In this document: in pieces, positions 1 to 9,040 of the stretch
Layout: each line of letters starts with the position of its first letter
How positions within the stretch are numbered: position 1 is the stretch's first letter
DNA from: an uncultured Brevinematales bacterium
GTDB lineage: Bacteria > Spirochaetota > Brevinematia > Brevinematales > JAOACQ01
Direction: 5' to 3'
Assembly: GCA_964413265.1 (NCBI GenBank)
Contig: CAYPRX010000013.1
Span: 27,400-91,399 of the forward strand
Length of the DNA: 64,000 nucleotides
Position numbers and translations under genes: made by a program
Notes under the pieces: model-generated
Told to the model about the DNA's origin: nothing
Databases searched by the model: none
What the model saw: the letters and a program-made list of their open reading frames with translations, nothing else

Positions 1-508
1 AAGTTATAAAATTATATCTGTGCCAATCCTCTATTTTATCTCTGATAGCCTGGATTTTTTTACCATTATCCTTAGAAAAGTAAAGACGGCCTTCAGTTCC
101 GCCTTCACAATAAAAATCATAAAATTTACCTTTTTTACCCTTTAAATTCTGTAAATATTCCAGCACTTTTATAAATGACTTATTATTCGGTTTATAAATT
201 CGATTGTTTAAACAGAGTATTTTAATATTCTCTTTATCAACATTTTTAATTAATTTGCCTTCTTCAGTATTTAGAAGTTTATTAAACACCGGGAAATCAT
301 TAAATAATAGAAATGAAGCTGATAGGCAGTAAGAATAATACTGCCAGTCGTTAGCATAAGTAATATAACCCATTGATTTGAATAATTGAGAAACGATGCC
401 GGTACCCGAGAACAGATCTAAGACAATTCCTCCTTTTGGAATATCAAAGTCTTCTATGATCCTGGTTATTTTATTCAACAGACTATATTTAGAGCCTATA
501 TAATTCAT
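1..508 (-). CDS. DNA adenine methyltransferase, D12 (Dam-like) class; N-terminal 169 codons only, 3' end lies beyond the window edge
   Basis: My own reverse-strand translation from the ATG at 508-506 gives MNYIGSKYSLLNKITRIIEDFDIPKGGIVLDLFSGTGIVSQ... A Y-x-G-S-K..LL N-terminus followed by the F-x-G-x-G SAM motif is the Dam/D12 layout. I checked the frame codon by codon and it stays open to base 1. It is absent from the ORF track because there is no stop inside the window. Confidence 0.65.
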   Translation of the reverse strand, partial: MNYIGSKYSLLNKITRIIEDFDIPKGGIVLDLFSGTGIVSQLFKSMGYITYANDWQYYSYCLSASFLLFNDFPVFNKLLNTEEGKLIKNVDKENIKILCLNNRIYKPNNKSFIKVLEYLQNLKGKKGKFYDFYCEGGTEGRLYFSKDNGKKIQAIRDKIEDWHRYNFIT

Positions 509-514
509 AAGGAT

Positions 515-2029
515 TCAGCTTTGCAGGCATATCATGCATATGTCGTCATCGAAATTTTCATTCCCTTTGAATTTAAGAAGATTTATCAGAAGGCGCTCGA
601 CAAAATCACCTGGGGGCAGCTTTGAAAGTTCCAGCATAGACCTTTTTAGCTCGTAGGATTCAAAATTTTCCATCATATTGTAAGAGCTTATTGTATCAGT
701 CAATCCGTCTGTATAGATGAGGAGTTTCGAATTTGCTTCAAGCGTTACCGTCAGATCGCAGAGTTTGGATGGTGAATTGTCATTATCAAGAACTCCAAGA
801 GGTATGCTCTTATTGCTGAAAGGAAGATTTTCAATTTTATTATTAAAAATAACATAGGGAAGGTTATGTCCCGCATTTGCATAGGTAAATGTACGATTTG
901 AGAAGTCATAAACGCCGTAAAGCGCCGTTATGAAAAGTTCTGTGGAAAGGTTCAGCAACAGGAGGTTCAGCTGAGATAAAAATAGGGACGGGTGATGGTT
1001 CCATTCCTCCGATTGAAGAATAAAGCTCTTTATCATTGATGTCATCATCGCCGCTGGCGCACCATGACCTGAAATATCGCTTATAAAGATTCCTGTTTTT
1101 GTCTTTTCCTTGAATGAAATAAAGTCATAAAAATCGCCTCCAAGCTGCTCCATCGGCCGGTAAAATACGGCTATCTTATCAAAAGGAGGGACTTTGGGGA
1201 TCATCTGAAGCTGTATCCTTTTCGCCATTCCCAGTTCGATCTCTAACTGCCTGTTTTTGATTTTTATCTGCCTTCGGTCCAGTTCCAGCTCAAGATTTTT
1301 TGTCTGGAGTTCAGAAGTCAGATTTTCCAGGGATTTTGATTTTGCAGTCAGTTCCTTATTCTGATTTTCAATTGTCAGGTGGCCGTTGAAATCATTTAAC
1401 CTGATGTTATAGAATGTGCCGCATATGAATAATCCAATGGCAAATGCAACAATGCTGTTAGCTATATTGGCGGCTAAAATTCCGCTGTCTTTTTGTATGA
1501 GTGCGACTCCTGTTATAAAAGTAATTTGAGGAACAACATATATGATTATTGCATTTATCAGCCTCATATTCATCAGTATTCCACCGGTTAGAACACCCAG
1601 CAGGTAAACAATGAATGAACCGGAAGTTAGCTGGTCAACCACACTGTTCAATGAGCAGATCATTAGAATAAGAAAAACAAAAATGTAGTTTGTGACGACA
1701 TGGAACTTTTTTATTTTTTCGGGTTTATCAGGAATGATGGTAAAATTTATTATAGCTGTAATGATTGACACTGACAGGAAGCCAAGATCACAAAGAGTGT
1801 TCAGGACATCATGATAATAGCGGCCGCTGCCGGTATTACGCAGGTCAGAGAGATCGGAGAAAATAATTAAGGGGAGCAGAACTAGAATCAACAAACAGCA
1901 CAGATACTTTATCTTCACATGATTCTGGAAATCTATTTTACGAATAAAAGCATCTTTTGCGTATTCTGGAATATTATAGGAAAATGATTTAATCAAATAA
2001 GCATAAACTGACTTAATTAAATTAATCAT
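515..2029 (-). CDS. Membrane-anchored PP2C/SpoIIE-family serine phosphatase (RsbU-like)
   Basis: 504 aa. The N-terminal ~210 aa are multi-pass hydrophobic, followed by a coiled-coil linker (ELQTKNLELELDRRQIKIKNRQLEIE). C-terminal SpoIIE motifs are GGDFYDF, DISGHGAPAAMMTS, YTDGLTD and DDDICMI. Confidence 0.85.
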   Translation of the reverse strand: MINLIKSVYAYLIKSFSYNIPEYAKDAFIRKIDFQNHVKIKYLCCLLILVLLPLIIFSDLSDLRNTGSGRYYHDVLNTLCDLGFLSVSIITAIINFTIIPDKPEKIKKFHVVTNYIFVFLILMICSLNSVVDQLTSGSFIVYLLGVLTGGILMNMRLINAIIIYVVPQITFITGVALIQKDSGILAANIANSIVAFAIGLFICGTFYNIRLNDFNGHLTIENQNKELTAKSKSLENLTSELQTKNLELELDRRQIKIKNRQLEIELGMAKRIQLQMIPKVPPFDKIAVFYRPMEQLGGDFYDFISFKEKTKTGIFISDISGHGAPAAMMTSMIKSFILQSEEWNHHPSLFLSQLNLLLLNLSTELFITALYGVYDFSNRTFTYANAGHNLPYVIFNNKIENLPFSNKSIPLGVLDNDNSPSKLCDLTVTLEANSKLLIYTDGLTDTISSYNMMENFESYELKRSMLELSKLPPGDFVERLLINLLKFKGNENFDDDICMICLQS

Positions 2030-2259
2030 GACGGCCTTTTTGATTAAAACTAAATTAAATTTAAAATAAAAAAATTATGTCATAAATTTTAATTCAATGC
2101 AAATTTATGTTTGAAAATTCATTTTATTCAATAAGCTGGTTATCCGGACCTTAATTTATTGATAATTAATTCTTGCCATAAAGAATTGATAATGTTATAT
2201 TTATTATCTTTTTTAAAATAAGCTGACCTTCCCCATTATGAAGAGAAAAAGATTATCAT

Positions 2260-4308
2260 TTGCAGTTTAAGGAAATGTTAATGCCATTAGACAAACAGAA
2301 CAGAATCCGGTTAGCCGTCTTAATCCTGATATTAGCTTTAGTTCTTTTTACCGGGAGCTGGATCTCAATCAGCTTGCTATATAGAACTGCTTTAAATGAA
2401 GAAAAAGCGAGACTGTTAGAGATTGTAAACAGCCAGGCTTTTGTTTTGGAAAACCTTCCGGCTGAAATGTCATCAGGACCATCCTTTTTAAAATATATCC
2501 ATAGGGCCTATGAAGAGTATTATAATGCAGGCTATAAAAGCGAGCTTGCAATCGGTGAACTGAAAGAAGGCAACATCGTCTTTCTTGAAAGGCAGATTAG
2601 AAAAGGTGAAAATGAAAAATTGTCAATACCTTTTTCATCGATAATTGCAGAACCTATGCGCGAGGCGCTCTCCGGGAAAAGCGGGATTATCTCCGGGCTT
2701 GATTTCAGGAGCAACCAGGTCCTTGCGGCCTTCAGGCCATTAAAATCATTGGGCTGGGGACTTGAGGCGAAGATCGATATAAGGGATCTGCAAACTCCTT
2801 TTATGAATGCCGTAAAGACAGCTGCTGCGGTTTCAATTCTCATTTTTGCACTGGGAGCAATATCCCTCTTCAGAACAACCATTCCTTTCTTCGAAAGATT
2901 CATAAAAAGCGAGGAGAATTATTTAACCCTTTTACAGAGTGTCAAGGATTATGCTATTTACACTCTTGACAGCGGCGGAATTGTTACGTCATGGAACGCA
3001 GGAGCTGAGAACATAACCGGTTATAAATCCTCTGAGATAATCGGGAAACACTTTTCCCGGTTTTATACAGTAGAAGATAAGAATAAAAATAAACCTGAAA
3101 TGGACCTGTACAATGCAATGGTGGAAGGAAAATTAGAAGATACTGGCTGGAGGGTTAGAAAAGACGGTTCAAAGTTCTGGGCAAATGGAGTAATTAGGGC
3201 TATATTTGACAAAAAGGAGAGTCTGGTCGGTTATTCGAAAATAATTCGTGATGTGACGGAAAGCATGATGGCTGAAAAGGCTGTAGAAGAAAACAGGGAG
3301 AGGTTCCAGGCACTCTCGGAGATGGTTGCGGAATGGTCTGCGGAACTGGAAATAAATCCGGGTAATGACATTAGAACAACGTGGAGGGGCGGGGATTTTG
3401 AAAGGATGACAGGATATACTTCTGAAGAGGTTAATTCAATAAACGGCCTGGCAGACATAATTTATCCTGATGATCTGGTAATTTTCAATAATAGCCTGGA
3501 AAAGGTCAGCAGGGGGGATAGTTTTTCCATAGAGTACCGTATTATAAAGAAATCAGGCGAAATTCGATGGATACAGGTTATTGGAAAGCCATTTAAATTT
3601 TCGGAATCAGGAATTCCGATTCGGTATTTGATCGCCGGGTCCGACGTAACCGAAAAAAAGATGATCGAGGAAAAGCTTAAAACCTCAATCAATGAAAAAG
3701 AAGCCCTTCTCAGGGAATTATACCACAGAACAAAAAACAACATGCAGGTAATAAACTCCCTTCTTCAGATTTACTCTTTAAAAGCAGATGATGAAAAGAT
3801 CAGGAGAGTTTTTCATGAGATGGTGAACAGGATCCAGTCAATGGCGCTCGTTCATCAAAAACTTTACCAGTCTAAAAATTTATCAAATATAGACCTCTCT
3901 GAGTATATGACTGATCTATCCAACCTTCTTCTTGCAAGTTACAGCGAATCCATGGGGAGGATCTCTATTGTATTCGAGATGGAAAAAATACCGGCTCAGA
4001 TAGATCTGGCCATACCATGCGGCCTTTTATTAAATGAAATTGTCACAAATTCCCTCAAGCATGCCTTTCCTGAAAACAGGACTGGCGAGATCAGGATAGG
4101 GCTGCATAAACTAGACGACAATGTTATCGAAATGAGCGTTGCGGATAACGGTGTGGGCGTTCCACCGGATTTTGATTTCAAAAACAACATGAGTATGGGT
4201 ATGCAGAGCGTTTACGCAATATGCGAAAACCAGCTCCATGGAGAGGTAAGTTTCGAATCAAGTGGAGGTGTCAAGTGCACCCTGCGATTCAGGAAATATT
4301 ACACTTGA
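2260..4308 (+). CDS. Sensor histidine kinase (TM - extracytoplasmic domain - TM - 2 PAS - HisKA_2 - HATPase_c)
   Basis: 682 aa. PAS-like blocks include LDSGGIVTSWNAGAENITGY. The HisKA_2/HWE-type H-box is ELYHRTKNNMQVINSLL, with ATPase boxes EIVTNSLKHAF and DNGVGVP. The track start is TTG 2260; ATG 2275 or ATG 2281 (AAGGA 7 nt upstream) may be the true start. Confidence 0.85.
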   Translation: MQFKEMLMPLDKQNRIRLAVLILILALVLFTGSWISISLLYRTALNEEKARLLEIVNSQAFVLENLPAEMSSGPSFLKYIHRAYEEYYNAGYKSELAIGELKEGNIVFLERQIRKGENEKLSIPFSSIIAEPMREALSGKSGIISGLDFRSNQVLAAFRPLKSLGWGLEAKIDIRDLQTPFMNAVKTAAAVSILIFALGAISLFRTTIPFFERFIKSEENYLTLLQSVKDYAIYTLDSGGIVTSWNAGAENITGYKSSEIIGKHFSRFYTVEDKNKNKPEMDLYNAMVEGKLEDTGWRVRKDGSKFWANGVIRAIFDKKESLVGYSKIIRDVTESMMAEKAVEENRERFQALSEMVAEWSAELEINPGNDIRTTWRGGDFERMTGYTSEEVNSINGLADIIYPDDLVIFNNSLEKVSRGDSFSIEYRIIKKSGEIRWIQVIGKPFKFSESGIPIRYLIAGSDVTEKKMIEEKLKTSINEKEALLRELYHRTKNNMQVINSLLQIYSLKADDEKIRRVFHEMVNRIQSMALVHQKLYQSKNLSNIDLSEYMTDLSNLLLASYSESMGRISIVFEMEKIPAQIDLAIPCGLLLNEIVTNSLKHAFPENRTGEIRIGLHKLDDNVIEMSVADNGVGVPPDFDFKNNMSMGMQSVYAICENQLHGEVSFESSGGVKCTLRFRKYYT

Positions 4309-4311
4309 TAA

Positions 4312-4686
4312 ATGGATTGGCTGATGGATAAAAATAGTAGAATATTAATAGTAGAGGATGAGGCGATAACTGCGATAATGATCTGTGAAAACCTGAAAAT
4401 CTCAGGTTATCAAGTTATAGATCCAGTATCTACAGGCGAAGAAGCCGTGAAAACCGCTCTTTTAGAAAAACCAGATGTGATATTTATGGACATTCATCTT
4501 GCCGGAGCGATCGATGGTATTGAAGCGGCTGAACAGATAAATGAATCAATAGTTATTCCAATAGTATTTATGACGGGATACACCAATCAGGACTTTGTAG
4601 AAAGAACAAAAAACCTGAGGCCTGTTTATTATTTAAATAAACCTATCAGGATAAAGGATATGGAAAGGATTATAGAATCACTTTGA
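4312..4686 (+). CDS. Stand-alone response regulator receiver (CheY-like)
   Basis: 124 aa with ILIVEDE, a DVIFMDIHLAG phospho-acceptor Asp context and a conserved K in YLNKP. It starts 4 nt after the kinase stop. Confidence 0.85.
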   Translation: MDWLMDKNSRILIVEDEAITAIMICENLKISGYQVIDPVSTGEEAVKTALLEKPDVIFMDIHLAGAIDGIEAAEQINESIVIPIVFMTGYTNQDFVERTKNLRPVYYLNKPIRIKDMERIIESL

Positions 4687-5443
4687 ATTGCCGTCCTTCA
4701 AAATAACCCGGCTTCAATGTCGGGCAGAGGCCGATCATTTCCTCAAGTATATCAAATCCGGAACCTATATCGCATCTCGAGTGGGCATCCGATCCTGTAG
4801 TTATCATCTCACCCCCTGCTGTGCAGTATTTTTTAAGTAAATCTGCTCCCGGCAAAGGTTCAGCATTTCCCTTTCTGATCGTAGAGGAATTCAATTCCAA
4901 TGCTATGCTGTTTTGTTTCATCTTTTCAAGAATTTCATCCTCAAGACTGCCATGGAATGGAGCTCCCAGATATCTTTTCGGAAAATCGAAATGAGCAATA
5001 GCGTCGAAACCTCCGAATTCAACGGCTTTAAAAAGTTCTATATAGTACATCTCGAATATCTGTTCTTTTGTGTATAGTCTTAACAGGTCGTTCTCACCTA
5101 TATAATGATTACCTATCCAGTGAATTGCGCCAAGGATCATATCAAAATCCATTTTAAGGACTTTTTCAAATTGCTCCTGATGCATATGAGGTTCGCCTAT
5201 CTCCACGCCCTTAAGTATCTTTAAACCAGGGCTGAAATAACTCCTGGCCCTGCCGATTAATTTTGAGTATTTATCGAAGTCGAAATCAGGGAGGTCTTCC
5301 TGATTATTAACGAGGTCAAGATGTTCAGTAAAACATATGATATTCAATTTTTTTTCAACTGCTTCCCTGCACATATCAAAAATCGGGTCATTGCCGTCTT
5401 TTGAAATCGCAGAGTGGACATGCAGATCCATTCTTACCCGCAT
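4670..5443 (-). CDS. PHP-domain phosphoesterase, HisJ-family histidinol-phosphatase-like
   Basis: 257 aa. The N-terminal DLHVHS, FTEH, GAIHW, HFD and GSDAH metal-ligand pattern is typical of the PHP/HisJ family. Confidence 0.75.
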   Translation of the reverse strand: MRVRMDLHVHSAISKDGNDPIFDMCREAVEKKLNIICFTEHLDLVNNQEDLPDFDFDKYSKLIGRARSYFSPGLKILKGVEIGEPHMHQEQFEKVLKMDFDMILGAIHWIGNHYIGENDLLRLYTKEQIFEMYYIELFKAVEFGGFDAIAHFDFPKRYLGAPFHGSLEDEILEKMKQNSIALELNSSTIRKGNAEPLPGADLLKKYCTAGGEMITTGSDAHSRCDIGSGFDILEEMIGLCPTLKPGYFEGRQFKVIL

Positions 5444-5570
5444 AGGACCTCGCTTTATAACAATGTTTCTGTGAATTTACATAAAGAGAATAGTGTAAAA
5501 GAGGGATTTACAATAATCAAATGCCCGCATATTTATTGTCTTATTACATCCCCTGAAACTCTTTTATACC

Positions 5571-5599
5571 TTGACATTAAAATTTATATAATATATACT
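5571..5599 (+). promoter_or_regulatory. Sigma70-like promoter candidate
   Basis: TTGACA (5571-5576), a 17-nt spacer, then TATACT (5594-5599). It lies about 250 nt upstream of the solute-binding protein gene. Confidence 0.3.
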
Positions 5600-5731
5600 T
5601 CCATACATTTGTTTATGTTATGATGTTATAAAGTATTGCATAAGTATTTGTTCTAAAAGGGACTCGTTTATTTAACTTTAATTTTTTTAAGAAAATTGCA
5701 TATTTCCGATCAATAATAAATTTCTGCTCAA

Positions 5732-5799
5732 TAATGGAATAAAAAATCTATAAAAAGGAGGTGGTTTCAAAGAGCGGCGAAATTCATTTTATTCCATTA
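5732..5799. repeat. Perfect 13-nt inverted repeat with a 42-nt spacer in the leader of the ABC operon
   Basis: taatggaataaaa (5732-5744) is the exact reverse complement of ttttattccatta (5787-5799). The spacer contains an AGGAGG element (5756-5761) with no usable start codon downstream. Confidence 0.55.
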
Positions 5800-5845
5800 A
5801 TTCATTGAAGAAATTATCTGTCAAAATTTCAGAGGAGGGTCAAAT

Positions 5846-7162
5846 ATGAAATCAAACAAGTATGTTCTAGGTATTGTCACATTAATTTTCATTCTTGCTT
5901 GCGCAGTATCTTTTGGCGCTCAAAAGCTTACCTTTTGGAATATGCCGTTTGTTACCCAGGAAGTATCCACAAATTATGTGAAAATTTTTGAAACTGATGC
6001 AAAAACTGCCCTACCAAACTACACGATTGATAATTTTTATGGTCCTGGTGACTATAAAATTCTGAGACAAAAATATTTACTTCAGGCAAAGACAGGAACC
6101 CCGGATGTTATCGAGGGTTTGCTTGAAGATGAGGCAGTATATGTCAATAATGATATTATTGAACCTCTCGACTCCTATTTTAATGCATGGTCAGATAAGG
6201 GCATGTTTGTAAACAGCACAGTGGAACCTCTTAAGATCAACGGAAAGCTTTACGCCGTGCCTTACAACTCAAATGCCAGGGCTTTGGTATACAGAAAAGA
6301 TCTCCTGAAAAAATACGGTCTGGCGGTTCCCAAGAACTGGGATCAGCTTGTAGCCACAGCTAGGGTAATAACCAAAAAATCGAATAAGGCAGTGTTCGGT
6401 TTATTTGTTTGCACGCTGGTCGGAGATCCCAGGGCGCCCCAGGAATTCATAAGCTGGTATTTCCAGACAAGCAAAAAGAAAAATCCTTTTGCGGTAACCA
6501 CATCAGGCGGAACAAGGACAGTTAAAGTAACCGCAACACTGGCTCAGCTTGAGAAAGTCCTTGGTTTATATGCAAAACTTTTCACCGGTGATTTTCCCGC
6601 CTGCGATCCCAATCAGAGAGGGACAGGCTGGCCGGTTGAAGATCCGGGTTATGTCGCCGGAAAATGGGCGATGGCCCCTATGGGTCCATGGCTCTGGGGC
6701 AGAAGAGCTGATAGCCCCATGGCAAAAGTAAATCTGGAAAATAATACCGCTATTACAAGACTTCCCTATCCGAAAGACGGCGTAGCCGGAACTTACCTTG
6801 AAGTGAAACCTATTATGATGAATAAGTATGCCGCTGATAAAAATGCCGCATGGGAACTGCTCAAGTATATTACTTCTAAAGAGAAAATGGCTCAGTGGCT
6901 TGTTGATTCCGGCGGAATACCCTGCAGGACTGATTCTCTGAAGATGGATGTTTTTGATAAGGCAGGAGTCAGGTGGTGGATTAACGGTTTTGCTAATGAG
7001 CTGCCTGTTTCGGTTGCCTTAGCTGCTATAAACTGGGCTCCTATAAATGAAGCGAACATGCAGGCCGTGAATTATGTTGTTTATGGAAAGAAGTCTGTAA
7101 AGGAAGCTGCTAAATGGCTGTTGGACACCTATAACGATCTTAACAGTAAAGGTACTTTATAG
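5846..7162 (+). CDS. ABC transporter extracellular solute-binding protein (CUT1 sugar family-like)
   Basis: 438 aa with a signal peptide and a lipobox-like ILAC. It has family-1 SBP size and is followed by MalF/MalG-type permeases. GAGGAGGG RBS upstream. Confidence 0.8.
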   Translation: MKSNKYVLGIVTLIFILACAVSFGAQKLTFWNMPFVTQEVSTNYVKIFETDAKTALPNYTIDNFYGPGDYKILRQKYLLQAKTGTPDVIEGLLEDEAVYVNNDIIEPLDSYFNAWSDKGMFVNSTVEPLKINGKLYAVPYNSNARALVYRKDLLKKYGLAVPKNWDQLVATARVITKKSNKAVFGLFVCTLVGDPRAPQEFISWYFQTSKKKNPFAVTTSGGTRTVKVTATLAQLEKVLGLYAKLFTGDFPACDPNQRGTGWPVEDPGYVAGKWAMAPMGPWLWGRRADSPMAKVNLENNTAITRLPYPKDGVAGTYLEVKPIMMNKYAADKNAAWELLKYITSKEKMAQWLVDSGGIPCRTDSLKMDVFDKAGVRWWINGFANELPVSVALAAINWAPINEANMQAVNYVVYGKKSVKEAAKWLLDTYNDLNSKGTL

Positions 7163-7177
7163 ATCAGTTGTCTGAAT

Positions 7178-7210
7178 AAAAAGGGGTGGATTTATTCCAC
7201 TCCTTTTTAT
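7178..7210 (+). terminator. Rho-independent terminator-like hairpin between the SBP and permease genes
   Basis: Stem GGGGTGGA (7183-7190) pairs with TCCACTCC (7196-7203) with one G-U pair. The loop is TTTAT, the stem is extended by A:T pairs, and a T5 run follows at 7204-7208. Confidence 0.5.
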
Positions 7211-7294
7211 AATAACGGGGAAACTTCTTTTAAAAAAAAGTAAATTATTCTTTTGTTTAAATGTGTATTACGTCATATTAATTGAGGGAAGTTA

Positions 7295-8170
7295 TTGTAT
7301 ATGGATAGAAGAAAGGGTTATTATCTGATACTGCCGGCTGTTTTTATAATGTGCATGTTTACACTTTATCCTGTAATAGAGGGGATAAGAGTGGCATTCA
7401 CGGATAAGAGTCTTTTGAGAGGAAGCTATCATTATATAGGTTATGCGAACTATATACAGATGATACAGGATCCTATTTTCTGGGTTTCATTCTGGCATTC
7501 GCTGATATTGACGCCGACAGTCGTGGTATTGCAGCTGGTCCTCGGGATTGTCCTGGCCTGGACTATGAAGCAGAAAATACCCGGCATGGCGATCTTTAAA
7601 AGCCTTATTATGGCAAGCTGGGTAATTCCTGTTGCGGCCACAGTGACCGTATTCAAATTTATGGCACAGCCGGATGTCGGTTTTATTAATATCATTTTAA
7701 CCAGCTTAGGTTTAAAAGAGATGGTGAAATACTGGTTCGGAGTTCCGGAATTTGCAATGCCTTTCATTATATTACTCCATCTCTGGAGGAATGTCCCATT
7801 CTATGGAATTGCATTTTTGGCTGCAATGCAGACTATTCCCATCAGTTCTTATGAATCGGCTGAAATAGACGGTGCCGGGCCTTTTCAGAAGTTCTGGTTT
7901 ATAACCCTTCCCGGAATCAGGAGCATGTTGATCCTGATGGTTACCATACATGTTCTCTGGACTTTTAATAATTTTGATTTTATTTATCTGGCCACTGGAG
8001 GAGGCCCTGTAAATTCGACCGATGTGCTTCCGGTTCTGGTCTACAGGCAGAGCTGGGATAATTATGCGGCGGGTTACGGCGCAAGCATCGGGTCGGTTAT
8101 GCTTTTAATAATGGGCTTATATTTTATAGTTTACTTAATGATTCAGGAAAGAGGGGAGTACAAAAGATGA
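7295..8170 (+). CDS. ABC transporter permease (MalF-like)
   Basis: 291 aa with six hydrophobic segments and the EAA loop ESAEIDGAGPFQKFWFITLPGI. The start may be ATG 7301. Confidence 0.85.
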   Translation: MYMDRRKGYYLILPAVFIMCMFTLYPVIEGIRVAFTDKSLLRGSYHYIGYANYIQMIQDPIFWVSFWHSLILTPTVVVLQLVLGIVLAWTMKQKIPGMAIFKSLIMASWVIPVAATVTVFKFMAQPDVGFINIILTSLGLKEMVKYWFGVPEFAMPFIILLHLWRNVPFYGIAFLAAMQTIPISSYESAEIDGAGPFQKFWFITLPGIRSMLILMVTIHVLWTFNNFDFIYLATGGGPVNSTDVLPVLVYRQSWDNYAAGYGASIGSVMLLIMGLYFIVYLMIQERGEYKR

Positions 8171-9036
8171 AAATTACAGATTTATTAAACTTTAATTTTA
8201 ACAGAAAACAGATAAGAATACGCAACAATATAACAGCATATATTATTGTAGTCCTTTCTCTGATCTTTTTTATATTCCCCATGCTGTGGATTTTTTACTG
8301 CTCATTCCGGACCCAGGAGTCCATTTTTACGGCAAAGTTAATTCCCCCGCTCGAAGGATTTACGCTGATCAATTACTCGAATATATTCAGCGAAACCGAC
8401 TTTCCGCGGTATTTTTTGAATTCCATTGAAATTTCCGGACTTGTGACGCTTTTGAGTCTTATAATATCGATATTAGGCGGGTACGGTCTCAGCCGGTACG
8501 AGATAAAGGGTAAAAAAACGATTTTGCTTGGCATATTCTCCACTCAGATGTTTCCTCAGGTTCTTATGCTGATCCCTCTTTTTATCCTTGTTTTTACACT
8601 GAAATTAATAGACAAGAAAATCGGCATCGTCCTTACCCAGCTGATCCTTGTTCTTCCTTTCTGTATGTGGATGTTGAAGTCATATTTCGATACCATACCG
8701 AACGATGTGGACGATTCTGCCAAGATCGACGGATGCAACATCTTCCAGCTGCTCTGGAAAATTATTCTGCCCATCGCTGCGCCGGGAATCATGGTCGCAG
8801 CATTTTTCTCTTTTGTAGTATCATGGAGCGATTACCTGATCGTATCTGTCATAAGCCAGAGCCAGAGCACAGCTACTCTTACTTTGATTGTAGCACGCCT
8901 TTCATCTTCCTTGAATATCCGCTGGGGGCTGGTCTGCGCTGCCGTTACCCTTACCATCATTCCGACCCTCTTCCTGTTTTCTTTCGTGCAGAGAAGGCTG
9001 ATAGAGGGTATGACTGCAGGTGCCTTGAGAGAATAA
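8167..9036 (+). CDS. ABC transporter permease (MalG-like)
   Basis: 289 aa with the EAA loop DSAKIDGCNIFQLLWKIILPIAAPG. A 4-nt overlap with the upstream permease indicates coupling. Confidence 0.85.
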   Translation: MKITDLLNFNFNRKQIRIRNNITAYIIVVLSLIFFIFPMLWIFYCSFRTQESIFTAKLIPPLEGFTLINYSNIFSETDFPRYFLNSIEISGLVTLLSLIISILGGYGLSRYEIKGKKTILLGIFSTQMFPQVLMLIPLFILVFTLKLIDKKIGIVLTQLILVLPFCMWMLKSYFDTIPNDVDDSAKIDGCNIFQLLWKIILPIAAPGIMVAAFFSFVVSWSDYLIVSVISQSQSTATLTLIVARLSSSLNIRWGLVCAAVTLTIIPTLFLFSFVQRRLIEGMTAGALRE

Positions 9037-9040
9037 TCTG

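Noticed and set aside
5414-5623. A 69-aa ORF in the intergenic region after the PHP gene.
   Set aside because: It starts inside the PHP gene's 5' end on the opposite strand, has no RBS and gives a low-complexity AT-driven product. The region is better explained as promoter and leader.
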